Source of the DNA: Felis catus
Taxonomy: Eukaryota
Direction: 5' to 3'
Assembly: GCF_018350175.1 (NCBI RefSeq)
Contig: NC_058368.1
Coordinates: 211,050,001 to 211,114,000, forward strand
DNA length: 64,000 nucleotides
Position numbers and translations under genes: made by a program. A model generated the notes under the pieces. It saw only the letters and a list, made by a program, of their open reading frames with translations. It had not been told where the DNA came from and searched no databases. This document shows, piece after piece, positions 25,601-37,450 of the stretch; within the stretch, counting starts at the first letter, position 1; each line of letters opens with the position of its first letter.

Positions 25601-26414
25601 AAAAATATGTTTTTCAAAAGGTATTTATAAGAAGAGTAAACATCAGGACAATTTTGAGAACAATCTCACTTCCAGGAAGAGTGTAAAATCCCATGACATT
25701 CAAGATCCTGTGGCCTTTTTAATTCAGGAAGACAATAAGACAACTGACTCAAGTAAAGGAATAATTCCCACTTGGCCTGAGATCATTGACCAACTTCCTG
25801 TTTAGAGCTGGATGATAGAAGGCAGAAGCACGACTACAGAAAACAAATCACTTTCTCCCAAGTACAGTTAGGGATGGGTGCCATGAATCTCCACGGACAA
25901 TGGTAAGGTCTGCCTCCTCCTTTAAACACTGAGCGGTGGTGTTTCAGCCAAGTAGAGCGTGCTGTTTGCCATGGCAGTCACCTCCTGCCCACGCAAAAAG
26001 CCCTGGCACACAGGATTTTTGCGAATTGCCTGCCCTGCCCTAGAATTATTAGACAACAGGAGACGAGGGGAAGAGGGCAAGGAGAAGGAACCTGCTACCT
26101 GCCCAGCTCCTCTCTTTCTCTCATGGTAAATCCTGAGTTAGAAAGCAGCCTCTGCTCTCCCTGTTCCTCCCCCCCCCCCCCCCCGGGGAGCAATAGTTGG
26201 CTCATGAGTCCAGCCAACAAAGGAGCCCCCCAGGTATGGGAGAAGGGCTGGAAGGGCTGGGGGAAGCCGCCGGCCATGGTTCTCTGGCAGAAGCTGGTGC
26301 CGCCAGCACCCACACTGCCCCGTGTCCCAGCTGTGGTTCAGCCCCTCTCAGCCTTCCTGGAGGCTTTTCCCACTCCAAGAGAGAGCAGCCTGTTTGATGT
26401 TCCATATGCTGGAC

Positions 26415-26445
<31 letters not shown>

Positions 26446-27004
26446 TCCCTTTGGAATTAGACAGAGAGAGAACAACAGATCAAACGATAATTTCCTACAT
26501 TTTGCATCTTCCCCCCACTTTCTAGCTAACAGCCAGGGAGCTGATGATTTGTTCCTGTGAGTGACAAGATTTCAGTGCCTCTTCCCATCTTTGCTCGCAA
26601 CAACCTACCCCACCCCAGCGGCCTGCCTCCAGACAGGGGGAAGCTAACTGCTTGGAGGGCTGGCTGTAATAAAAACAAGCAGGGGCTGGGAGCTCATGCA
26701 TGTTGCAGAGGGGATCTGTGTTCCCAGTCTGCAAAAGGCCAGTTGCAAAGGTGCCAGATAACAAATAGGCCAGCGGTTCAGTACAACAAAAATATTTTGT
26801 TCCTTCTTTCCTCTCCTCCTCGCCTTCCAGCCTTCCCCTGCCTTCCATTCTCCTCTCCTCCCCTCCCTCCCGTTCCCTTCTGTTTTTTCTCTCTCTCTCC
26901 CTCTCCCCCTCTTTCTCTCTCTTTCTTCTCTCTCTCTCTCCTCTCGCTACTCATGAACATTGAAATTAATGTGTTTAAGGGATTTGGAAGAAAACAGCAT
27001 TTCA

Positions 27005-27190
27005 GGGGTCACCTGGGTGGCTCAATCGGTTAAGCATGTCAGGTCATGATCTCCCAGCTCATGGGTTTGACTCCCACATTGGGCTTTCCACTGCCAAAGG
27101 ATCCTCTGTCTCCCTCTCTCTCTGCCCTTCCCCGACTTTGTCTCTCTCAAAAATAAACAAACATTTTTCTAAAAAAGGAAAAAAAGAAAT
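27005..27190 (+). mobile_element. Degenerate, internally deleted Can-SINE
   Basis: CACCTGGGTGGCTCAATCGGTTAAGCA...TCAGGTCATGATCTC. Confidence 0.85.
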
Positions 27191-28196
27191 CAGTTTTTGG
27201 GGAGTGTATTTCCACTTCCCAAAGGGCTCATCCTGACCCCTCAGGTCCCAGCAAACTAGTGGTGTTTTGTTTTGTTTTGTTTTGTTGACAGGCCCTACCC
27301 ATAGCCACATCCTACCTTGAGATGCAATTGAATGGAGGTCCACTGTGCCTGTGGTTGCAGCCGGGAATGTATTTCACAAAATTCCCAGTACCTCTTTGTG
27401 ACTTGAGGTTAAAGACCAGCAGCAGCCAGGCGAGCACAGCTATGTTCTGTCATTACCAGCAGCCCTTACTTTGGTCTAGCAAAGAACTTGACGTTATGAG
27501 GGAGCTCTGCAAACACCTTCTAGAGGACAATCATTGGAATCACTGTTCTCTTAGAAGCACAGTCCTGAAGGTCTGAAGCCAGGAAAATGTCCTACACTTG
27601 TGTCTTTCCACATAAGAAGCATAGAAGAAGAGCGTAAATGACAAGCAAGAAGAGGGGCAGGCTCACAGAAAGTGCTTGCTTCCAAGCTGGAATAAGAAAG
27701 GAATGAAATGATAATAAAGATAATGCTTTAGAAAATCTCTTTGGGCAGGACTCCCTCGTGTCAGCATGTCTTTATGACTGTGTTGAAGGTAGCTAGTAGG
27801 CCAGGCAAGCTGCGGCTGCTTCATGCCGAGACGCGGATGGTAATGCAAGCCCATCCTGATAAACTGGGAGCAGGTGATCTGGCGTATAGGGGCTATTACT
27901 GAGGCCATTTGGCCGCCTGACCTGTCTCTCGGTCACCCACAGAATTCCGGATCCTTACAGTTTACAACTTGGCTTTTCAGATGTTTACAAAGCATCAGGT
28001 TTTTGTTGGCTCAGAGGGAGACCTGGCTGGAGGCTTCTGTTCCATGAACTAAATGCCAATGTCTAATAGTTGCTAGACTCACAGAGGTGCTATGATGTCA
28101 TGGGCCTGCTTGGGCTGGGACCAGTTTTGTGACCTTGGAGATGCCCTCACTTCTCTGGCCCTAGATCCTTTAGTTTCTAAAATTAGGGGAGAAAAT

Positions 28197-28917
28197 GTTT
28201 TTTCTTGTTATAACAGCTTTCTTGAGATATAACTCACACACCATAAAATTTACCCTTTTAAAAAGCATACAGTTCAGAGCTTTTTAGTATAATCACAGAG
28301 CTGTGCAATCATCACCACTATCTAATTTTAGAACATTTTCTTCAACCCAAAAAGAAACTATGCCACTTTAGCAATCAATCACATTTCTCCCTCCCCCTGG
28401 TCCCTGGTGACCCCTAATTTACTTTCTGAATCTATGGATTTGTCTATTCTGGACATTTCATATAAATAGAATCATACGTCCTTTTTTGTTTGTCCCCTTT
28501 CACTTAGTATGTTTTCAAAGTTCATCCATGTTACAGCAGGTACAAATACTTCATCCCTTTTTATGGTCAAGTAATATTCCACTGTATGGTGTATCACATT
28601 CTGTTTATCCATTCATCTGCGGATGTACATTTGGATTATTATAAATGGCTATTATAAATGGTGCCTCTATAAACATTCATGTAAAAGTTTTTGTGTGGAC
28701 ATATGTTTCAATTTCCCTTGGGTATATACTCTGGAGTGGAATTGCTGGGTCATATGGCAACTCTACATTTAGCATTTTGATAAACTGCCAGTATATTTTT
28801 GGCTGCACCATTTTACATTACCACTGGCAGTGTTGAAGTTTCCAATTTCCTTACATCCTCATCAACACCTGTTATTGTCTGCTTTTTTATTTTAGCCTTC
28901 CTAGTGGGTTTGAAGTG
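28197..28917 (-). mobile_element. Old L1 (L1MB-like) 3' end
   Basis: ACAGCTTTCTTGAGATATAACTCACACACCATAAAATTTACCC...GGAGTGGAATTGCTGGGTCATATGG, antisense L1MB-type. Confidence 0.85.
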
Positions 28918-30091
28918 TTTTCTTTTTGAAGTAATCATTACGTACAATATCCCATTAGTTTTAGGTGTACATCGTAGTGATTTGATATTTTTGTATATTA
29001 TGAAATGATCATCATGATCAGCGTAGTTACCATCGGTAACCATGCAAAATTATTACAATATCGCCGACTATCTTCCCTATACAGTACATTACATCCCCAC
29101 GACTTATTTATTTCATAACTGGGAGTTTGTACTTCCTAATTGCCTCCCCTATTTTGCCCTGTCCCCTCATCCACTCTCCTGTCTGATAACCAACAGTTTC
29201 TTTCCTAGATCTATGAGTCTGTTTCTATTTTGTTGTTTTTTAGATTCCACATATAAGTGAAATCATATGGTATTTGTCTTTCTCTGACTTATTTCACTTA
29301 GCATAATACCTTCTAGGTCCATCCATGTTGTCACAAATGGAAAGATTTCATTCTTTTTTAAGGCTCAGTAATATTCCACGATATATATATAGCACTTCTT
29401 CTTTATCGAATCATCTAGCAGTGATCACTTGGGATGCCTCCATATCTTGGATATTGTAAATAATGCTGCAATAAACATAGAAGTGCATATATTTCTCTGA
29501 ATTTGTAATTTTGTTTTCTTTGGGTAAATATTCAGAAGTGCAATTGATGGATGGAATGATAGTTCCATTGTTAATTTTTTGAGGAAACTCCATACTATTT
29601 TTCGTAGTAGCTGCAAGGGTTTATATTCCTTCCAACAGTGTATGAGAGGTTCCCTTTCTTCACATCCTTTCCAACATTTAATTTTTTTTTTGTATTTTTG
29701 ATAATAGCCAATCTGACAGGTAGGAGGAAGTATCTCATTGTGGTTTTGATTTATTTCCCTGATGATCAGTAATATTGAGCATCTTTTCACTTGCCTGTGG
29801 CTATCTGTATGTCTTCCTTGGGAAAATATCTATTCGAGCTCTCTGCCCATTTTATAATAAGGTTGTTTGTTTCTCATATATTAAGTTGTGGAAGTTCTTT
29901 ATATATTTTGGATCTTAACCTCTTATTGGATATATGATTTGCAAACATCTTCTCCTGTTCAGTAGGTTGCCTTTTCATTTTGTTGGTTGTTTTCTTCACT
30001 GTGCAAAAGCTTTTTAGTTTGATGTAAGTTCATTTGTTTATTTCAGCTTTTGTTATCCTTAACTGAGGAGACTGGGCCAAAAATATGTATG

Positions 30092-30093
<2 letters not shown>

Positions 30094-30134
<41 letters not shown>
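30094..30134. repeat. (TG)n microsatellite, about 20 units
   Basis: Seen directly. Confidence 0.95.
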
Positions 30135-30135
<1 letters not shown>

Positions 30136-30719
30136 ATAGATAACTACCTATTTCAACTTCTAGAAATTTTATGGCTCAGGTCTTACATTAAAAATATTTA
30201 ATCCATTTTGAATTTATTTTTGTATATAGAGTAAGAAAGTGGTCTAGTTTCATTCTTTTGCATATAGCTGTCCAGTTTGCCCAACACCATTTGTTGAAGA
30301 GGCTGTCTTTTCCCCATTATATATTCTTGCCATCTTTGTCATAGATTAACTGACTATATATGAGTGGGTTTATTTCTAGAATCTCTATTCTATTCCATCG
30401 ATCTATATCTGTTTTCATACCAGTACCATACTGTTTTGATTATTATAGCTTTGCAGTATGGTTTAAAATCAGGGAGCATGAAACCTCCAGCTTTGTTCTT
30501 CTTCCTCAAGATTGCTTTGGCTATTTGGAGTCTTTTGTGGTTTCATACAAATTTTAGGACTCCTTGTTCTAGTTCTGTGAAAAAAACCTTTGGTATTTTG
30601 ATGGGGATTGCACTGAATCTGTAGATGGCTTTGAGTAATATGGACATTTTAACAATATTCGTTCTTCTAATATATTAGCATGGCATATCTTTTCATTTAT
30701 TTCCACTTATTTCCATTTG

Positions 30720-30965
30720 TTTTTTTTTTTGTTTTGTTTTTTTGTTTTAAATTTTTTTTCAACGTTTTTTATTTATTTTTGGGACAGAGAGAGACAGAGC
30801 ATGAACGGGGGAGGGGCAGAGAGAGAGGGAGACACAGAATTGGAAACAGGCTCCAGGCTCCGAGCCATCAGCCCAGAGCCTGATGCGGGGCTCGAACTCC
30901 CGGACCGCGAGATCGTGACCTGGCTGAAGTCGGACGCTTAACCGACTGCGCCACCCAGGCGCCCC
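30720..30965 (-). mobile_element. Young SINEC_Fc inside L1
   Basis: Near-consensus; long T-tail; TSD TATTTCCATTTGTT. Confidence 0.97.
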
Positions 30966-31075
30966 TATTTCCATTTGTTAATTGAAGAATTTGTCTTCAA
31001 TTTCTTTAATCAATGTCACAGCTTTCAAAGTACAGGCCTTTCACCTCCTTGGTTAAATTTATTCCTATTTTATTC

Positions 31076-31957
31076 TTTTTTTTTTTTCCTTCCAAGTTTT
31101 TATTTATATTCTAGTTAGCTAACATACAGTATAATATTAGTTTCAGTATAGGATTTAGTGATTCATCACTCACATACAACACCCAGTGCTCATCACAAGT
31201 GCCCTCCTTAATAGCCATCACCCATTTAACCCATCCCACACCCACCTTCCCTCCAGGAAACCTCAATTCATTCTCTACAGTTAAGAGTCTGTTTTACAGT
31301 TTGCCTCTCTCTACTTTTCCCCTGTGTTCATTTGTTTTGTTTCTTGAATTCCACACATATAGTATATTCCATATTATATATGGATATATATCCATGGAGA
31401 TAGATATATGTATCTATATATATATATAGAGAGAGATAGATATAGATAGATATAGATATAGATATATAGACATAGATACAGATATAGATATCACATCTTC
31501 TTTATCTATTCTTTAGTCAGTAGACACTTGGGCTGTTTCCATAATTTGGCTATTGTAGATAACGTTGCTATAAACATCAGGGCATGTACCCCTTTGAATC
31601 AGCACTTTTGTATTATTTGAGTAAATATCTATCTAGTAGGGCAATTTCTGGGTCGTGGGGTAGTTCTATTTTTAACTTTCTGAGGAACTCTGTTTTCCAG
31701 AGTGGCTGCACAAGTTTGCATTCCCACCAAGAGTGTAAGAGGGTTTCCTTTTCTCTGCATCTTCACCAACATCGGTTGTTTCTTGTGTTACTACTTCTAG
31801 CCACTCTGACAAATATGAGGTGATATCTTATTGTAGTTTTGATTTGTATTTCCCTGATGATGAGTGATGTTGAGCATCTTTTCATGTGTCTGTTAGCCAT
31901 CTATATTTGTTCTTTGGAAAAATGTCTATTCATGTCTTCTGCCCATTTTTCAACTTG
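31076..31957 (-). mobile_element. Younger carnivore L1 3' fragment nested in the older L1
   Basis: New poly-T and 3'UTR (ATACAACACCCAGTGCTCATCACAAGTGCCCTCC); host ORF2 resumes near 31958; contains an (ATAG/ATATAG)n tract at 31380-31490. Confidence 0.85.
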
Positions 31958-32349
31958 ATACAATTATTTTCTTCATTTCTCTTTCTGATAGCTCATTATT
32001 AGTGTGTAGCAACACAACCAATTTCTGTACGTTAAGTTTGTATCCTGTGACTTCACTGAGTTTGTGTATCAGCTCTAGCGGTTTTTTGGTGGAGTCTTCA
32101 GGGTTTTCTACAGAGTATCATGCCATCTGCAAACAGTGAAAGTTATACTTCTGCCTTTCCAACTTTGATACCTTTTATTTCTTGCCTAAATCTTGTGACC
32201 AAAATGCCCAAACAATGTTGAATAAAAGTGGCAACAGTGGGCACCCTTGTCTTGCTCCTGATCTTAGAGGAAAAGCTTTCAGCTTTTCACCATTGAGGAT
32301 GATATTAGCTGTGAGTTTGTCTATGTGGCCTTTATTTTGAGGTACATTC

Positions 32350-32362
32350 TTTTTTTTTAAGT

Positions 32363-32393
<31 letters not shown>

Positions 32394-32593
32394 TCTATCT
32401 ATTTATTTATTTGTCTGGGGGCCGGGGGACGAGTGGGGAGGGGAAGAGAGACTGGGAGAGAGAGAATCCCAAGCAGCCTCCGCACTGTCAGCTCAAAGCC
32501 CGATGTGGGGCTCAGACTCACCAACCACAAGATCATGACCTGAGCCGAAATCAAGAGTCAGACGTTTAACTGGCTGAGCCACCCAGGCGTCCC
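32350..32593 (-). mobile_element. Can-SINE inside L1
   Basis: Reverse SINE with (TTTA)n tail; TSD-like TACAT(T/C)CTT. Confidence 0.92.
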
Positions 32594-34726
32594 TACATCC
32601 TTCTATACCCACTTTGTTGAGAGTTTTTTATCATAAATGGATGATAAATTTTGTCCAATGCTTTTTCTGCATCTATTAGGATAATCATGTGATTTTTATT
32701 CTTTATTTTGTTGATGTGGTGTGTCATGTTGATTAAGTTACAGATGTTGAATCACTCTTGAATTGCTGCAATAAATCCCACGTGCTTGTAGTGTGTGATC
32801 CTTTTAACGTATTGTTGAATTACTAATATTTTGTTGAGGATTTTTGCATCTATATTCATTAGGGATAGTGGCCTGTAATTTTCTTTTTTGTTGTTGTGTC
32901 TTTGTCTGGTTTTGATATCAGGATAAAACTAGTCTCATGAAATGAGTTTAGAAGTGCTCCTTCCTCGTCAATATTTTGAAATAATTCGAGAAGCACAGGT
33001 ACTAACCACTTTAAATGTTTGGTGAATTCATCTATAATACTATCTGGTCCTGGGCTTTTGGTTTTCGAGAAGTTTTTAAATTGATATTTCGATTTCATTG
33101 CTTGTAATCAGTGTTTTCAGATTTCCTGTTTCTTTGTAATTCAGTCTTGGAAAGTTGTGTGTCTCTAGGAATTTATCCATTTCTTCTAAGCTTTGCCATT
33201 TGTTGGTATATAATTGTTCACAGTAATCTCTTGTGATTTTTTTTTTGAAGTATCTGTTGTAACTTCTCTTTCATTTTTTATTTTATTTATTTGGGACCTT
33301 TTGCTTTCTTTTCTTGATAAGGCTGGCTAAAGGTTCACCATTGTCTTTTTAACTTTTCAAAGGACTGTTTTTAGTTTCATTGATTTTTAAAAAAATTTTA
33401 GCCTCTATTTCATTTATTTCTGCTATGATCTTTATTATTTTCTTCCTTCTACTAACTTTGGGTCTTGTTTCTTTGTTTTTGTTTTTGTTTAATTCTTTTA
33501 GGTGTAAAGTTATATTATTTGAGATTTTTCATGTTTCTTGACGTGGGCCTATATCACTATGACCTTTGCTCTTAAAAGTGTTTTTGCTGTATCCCATAGG
33601 TTTTGGAAAATTGTGTTTCCATTTTCATTTGTTTCAAGGTATTTTTTGTTTTTTTCTTTCATTTCTTCATTGACCCATTGTTTGTTTAGAGGCATGTTGT
33701 TTAGGCTCCACATGTTTGGGTTTTTTCTAGTTTTCATCTTGTAATTGATTTCTAGTTTCATACCACTGTAGCCAGAGAAAATACTTGATATGATTTCAGT
33801 CCTCATGTGTTTATTGAGACTTGTTCTGTGGTCTAATGTGTGATCTGTCCTGGAGAATATTTCATGTGCACATGAAAAGAACATGTGTTTTGCAGTTTTT
33901 GGATGAAGTCTTCTGCATACATTAAGTTCATATAGTTTAATGCATCATTTAAAGCCAATGTTTCCTTATTAATTTTCCATCTGAATAATCTATCCATTGA
34001 TGTAAGTATAATATTTAAGTTCCCCAATATTATTGTATTACAGCCAATTTCTCCCTTTATGTCTGTTAGTATCTGCTTTATATATTTCAGTGCTCTTAGT
34101 TTGGGAGTATAAATATGTAGAAATGCTATATTTCCTAATTTGAATGTATAAATTTATATGAATGTTATATCCTCCTCTTGGATTGACTCCTTTATCATTA
34201 TGTAATATATCTTCTTTGTCTTGTTACAGTCTTTGTTTTAAAGTCTGATATTATTTAATATGAATATTGCTACTTCAGGTTAATTTTTGTTTCCATTTGT
34301 ATGGGATATTCTTTTCCCCCTTCACTTTCAGTCTATGTGTGTCCCTAGATCTGAAGTGAGTCTGTTATAGGCAGCATAGAGATGGGCCTGAGTTTTTTTT
34401 AATCCATTCAGCCATCCTATGCCTTTTGATTGCAGCATTTAGTTCATTTAGATTTAAAAGAATTATCTACAGGTATACATTTATTGTCATTGTGTTCATT
34501 GTTTTTTGGTTGTTTTTGTGGTTCTTTGTTCCTTCCTTCTTCTCTCAGTTCCTTCCCTTGTGGTTTGATGGTTTTCTTTAGTGTTATGTATAAGTTCCTT
34601 TGTCTTTATTTTTTGTGTCTTCATTATAGATTTTTGGTTTGTGGTTATTATGAGGTTCATATATATTGACCTATACGTATGGAAGTCTATTTTAAGCTGA
34701 CAGTCATTTAAATTCAAATGCATTCT

Positions 34727-34804
34727 AAAAGTAGGAAGCCCTTCATGAATTTGCATGTGATCCTTGTGCAAGAGTCATGCTAATCTTCTCTGTATCATTC
34801 CAAT
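34727..34804 (-). pseudogene. RNU6: U6 snRNA pseudogene (5'-truncated) fused to the L1 5' end
   Basis: Minus strand ATTGGAATGATACAGAGAAGATTAGCATGACTCTTGCACAAGGATCACATGCAAATTCATGAAG...TTTT matches U6 from about nt 29 to the 3' end, including the ACAGAGA box. Confidence 0.92.
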
Positions 34805-35090
34805 GCCAAAGTGAGAAATTGATCAGTGATTGTCAAAATGACAACCCAGAGTGAAAAGTACATTTTATTATAGGACCCAATATAAATTTAATTTATATAT
34901 TTAAATTTAATAATTATAATATGTACATTAAATAACTGAAGTGCAACATTTTATGAAACAGTATTTACCCTTACTACCTGCAATATACTTCTTCTTTTCT
35001 CTGTCTTTATTGCTGGTGGTGACTCATTAAATTAATTTCATGACATGCTAAGCGGGTTACAACCCATAGCTTAAAATCTCTGATCTAGAT

Positions 35091-35855
35091 CATTAATTCA
35101 TTCAACAAATATTTATGCAACACCAACATGTGCCAGGTTGCCAGGTATTGTTCTAAGTTCAGCAGAGAATTAAATAGACAAAAATTCTTGCCCTTATAGA
35201 GCTCACGACCTAGGAGTGGGATTATATATATATATGTAATTTGTGACATGTATAATATATCTCCATAAACTATAAGGTATGCCAGATGGGGTAGCAGAAG
35301 TTATTGATGCCCCACCCAGAACCTGGAATATCGTATCATATCATATCGTTATTTTGGTGTGCTTGTTCTTATTCCAGGAGCCAAGATCTGCATGTTTCGC
35401 TTTGAGACTTTTTCCAAAGTCACAGAAGGCTTATTTGTGTACCTTGGGTAGAAGCAGAAATTAACACCCCATTCCCAAAAAGCCTACAGCCAATGACTAA
35501 TGGAAGTCAGTATAAAAGTACCCCGGCTTCTTCTCCACTTGAGTGGGGTAACTGGAGCATATCCCAAGAAACCACTTCTACTTGAATTCTTGGCACAAAG
35601 TCTACTTCTGGGGTAACTCAAACTGTGAAAGAAGATGATACGTGCTATTATAAGAAATAAATAAGAAAAGAGGTTAGAGGGTGATAGAGGGTAATTTTAA
35701 ATGGGGTAATCTGGGAAGGCCTCACTGATACGAAGTGATATTTGAAGAAAAGCCTAAAGGCGGTAAAGGAGAAAGATATGTGGATATGGAAAAGAGAGAA
35801 TGTTTCAGACAAGGGGGACAGCAAGTGTAAAGGCCCTAAAGCAAGAGTAAGTAGA
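35091..35855 (-). mobile_element. L2 fragments, interrupted by an LTR16-like LTR (~35280-35630)
   Basis: CATTCAACAAATATTTA L2 tail; GGGAAGGCCTCACTGA...ACAGCAAGTGTAAAGGCCCT; LTR16-like ACAGCCAATGACT and TCTACTTCTGGGGTAACTCAAACT. Confidence 0.7.
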
Positions 35856-35859
35856 CCAG

Positions 35860-36214
35860 TGCAATAAGCTAAATGTCTGTATCACCCCAAATACATATGT
35901 TGAAGCCTTAACTTCCAATGTGATGGTATCTGGAGGTGGGCCTTTGGGAGGTAAGTAGGTTAAAATGAGGTCATCAGAGTGTATTCAATGATGAGATTAG
36001 TGCCCTTATAATGAGGTGAAGGGAGCCAGCACTCTTTCTGCCATGTAGGGATACAGCAAGAAGGCAGCCATCTATGAACAAGGAGGAGAGCTCTCACCAG
36101 AACCCGACCATGTTGATGCCCTGTCTCAGACGTCCAGAACCAGGAGAAATAAATCGCTGTTTAAGCCACTCAGTCTATGACATTCTTTTACAGCTGCCCT
36201 AACTGACTAAGACA
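35860..36214 (+). mobile_element. MaLR solo LTR (MLT1A/MST-like)
   Basis: TG...CA, 355 bp, CAATGTGATGGTATCTGGAGGTGGGCCTTTGGGAGGT and CTGACTAAGACA; perfect 5-bp TSD ACCAG. Confidence 0.9.
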
Positions 36215-37229
36215 ACCAGAGGAATGACAGCAGGAAAAGACAGGAGATTCATGGGAGAGGTCACAGACAGAAGAGGCACCTCTAAGAAGACACTTTTAAC
36301 TTCACCATTTTGTTTTTTGACCATATATTACCAATTGAGGGTTATAACATCAGGAAACCTGATTCAAAAGTATACCATGTTATTTAAAGTCAGGAAAATG
36401 TGATAATAGCAGGAAAAGAAGCTGAAAGAGGTGTCAGGGGTTGTGTGTGAACATTTTAAAACTTCTACCAACACTCATGTATGGTTTGTTTTTTTTAAAG
36501 TAGGCTTTCTAAAAAGAAAAACTAAAGTAAGCTTTTTATATTGACTTGCATGGCTTCCTAATATTAATTACATCTTATTGCCAGGATTCAAGGGTGCCCT
36601 GGGAGCTTTCACATTTTCTAATCCTTTTAATTGGCGGCTTATGAGCGATGCAATTGTCCTTTGGCATTAATGTTCTCATCTAAAAAAATGGGCCTATCAG
36701 CCTTGACTGCCACTGACACCATCATACCTGTTTGGTAAACACTCATCCATTCTCTTAAGGAGGAGGAAGGGTCAAAAGAACAGTGAGAGAATAGAGGAGG
36801 TTGAGAAATAATTTTTGGGTTGTTATGGGAAGAAAGAACTACTTTTTTACGCTCATATTTTAGAGAAGGGAATTCCTTCTATGCTAATCCAAACAGAGGA
36901 CTCATCTTTGCTTAAACTCTTTCGGTGAGGGACTCCTCACTGCTTTGCAAAATGATTATTCCAATTCTCAGGCCCCATTGATTATATTAAAAGTTCTCCA
37001 TTACTTTGAATTAAATTCCAAAGAACTTTCTAAGCAACTCAGAAGAAGTATCTCTTTCATGTGACAATCCTTTATATGACTGAATAAAACCAACCCACTT
37101 GCCTCGTTTTTCCTCCACCAAGCATCATCAGATCTATAGGACATTCCACATATGGTTACAAGCACTTGAACACAACTTAGATGATTGACTTGTCAAAAAT
37201 TATGCTAATCATAAATGTTACTGCACACC

Positions 37230-37450
37230 TAATGCTCCTCTAAGTGTTTTTACTTCAAATACCTTCTTTAATACTCAAGCAGTCCTATGAGGTAGGTACA
37301 ATTACTATTCCTATTTTATAGATGGGGACAATATGAAACAAAGAAGTTAAATAATTTGCCTAATTACACATAATCAATAAGAAGTGGACCCAGACACTCA
37401 AACTTGCTAGTTTGACTCCAGAGCTTATATTATTCACTATCATTCTGTTC
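37230..37450 (-). mobile_element. MIR
   Basis: CCTATGAGGTAGGTAC...CCTATTTTATAGATGGGG...AGAAGTTAAATAATTTGCC...TGACTCCAGAGC. Confidence 0.8.

Larger units (their letters stand above)
28918..34726 (-). mobile_element. Decayed L1 (L1MA9/L1_Carn-like): inter-ORF, near-complete ORF2 and 3'UTR, with nested insertions
   Basis: Antisense ORF2 remnants: start near 34490, endonuclease FFSCAHEIFSRTDHTLDHRTSLNK, KSPGPD motif, C-terminal MKRCSILLIIRE; many stops and frameshifts. Confidence 0.93.

Noticed and set aside
26123..27033. 145-aa and 158-aa ORFs
   Set aside because: Run through poly-C, (GA)n, pyrimidine tracts and a SINE; no homology recognised
29411..34027. ORFs with L1 ORF2 similarity as active genes
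   Set aside because: Fragmented by stops, frameshifts and nested insertions; dead L1
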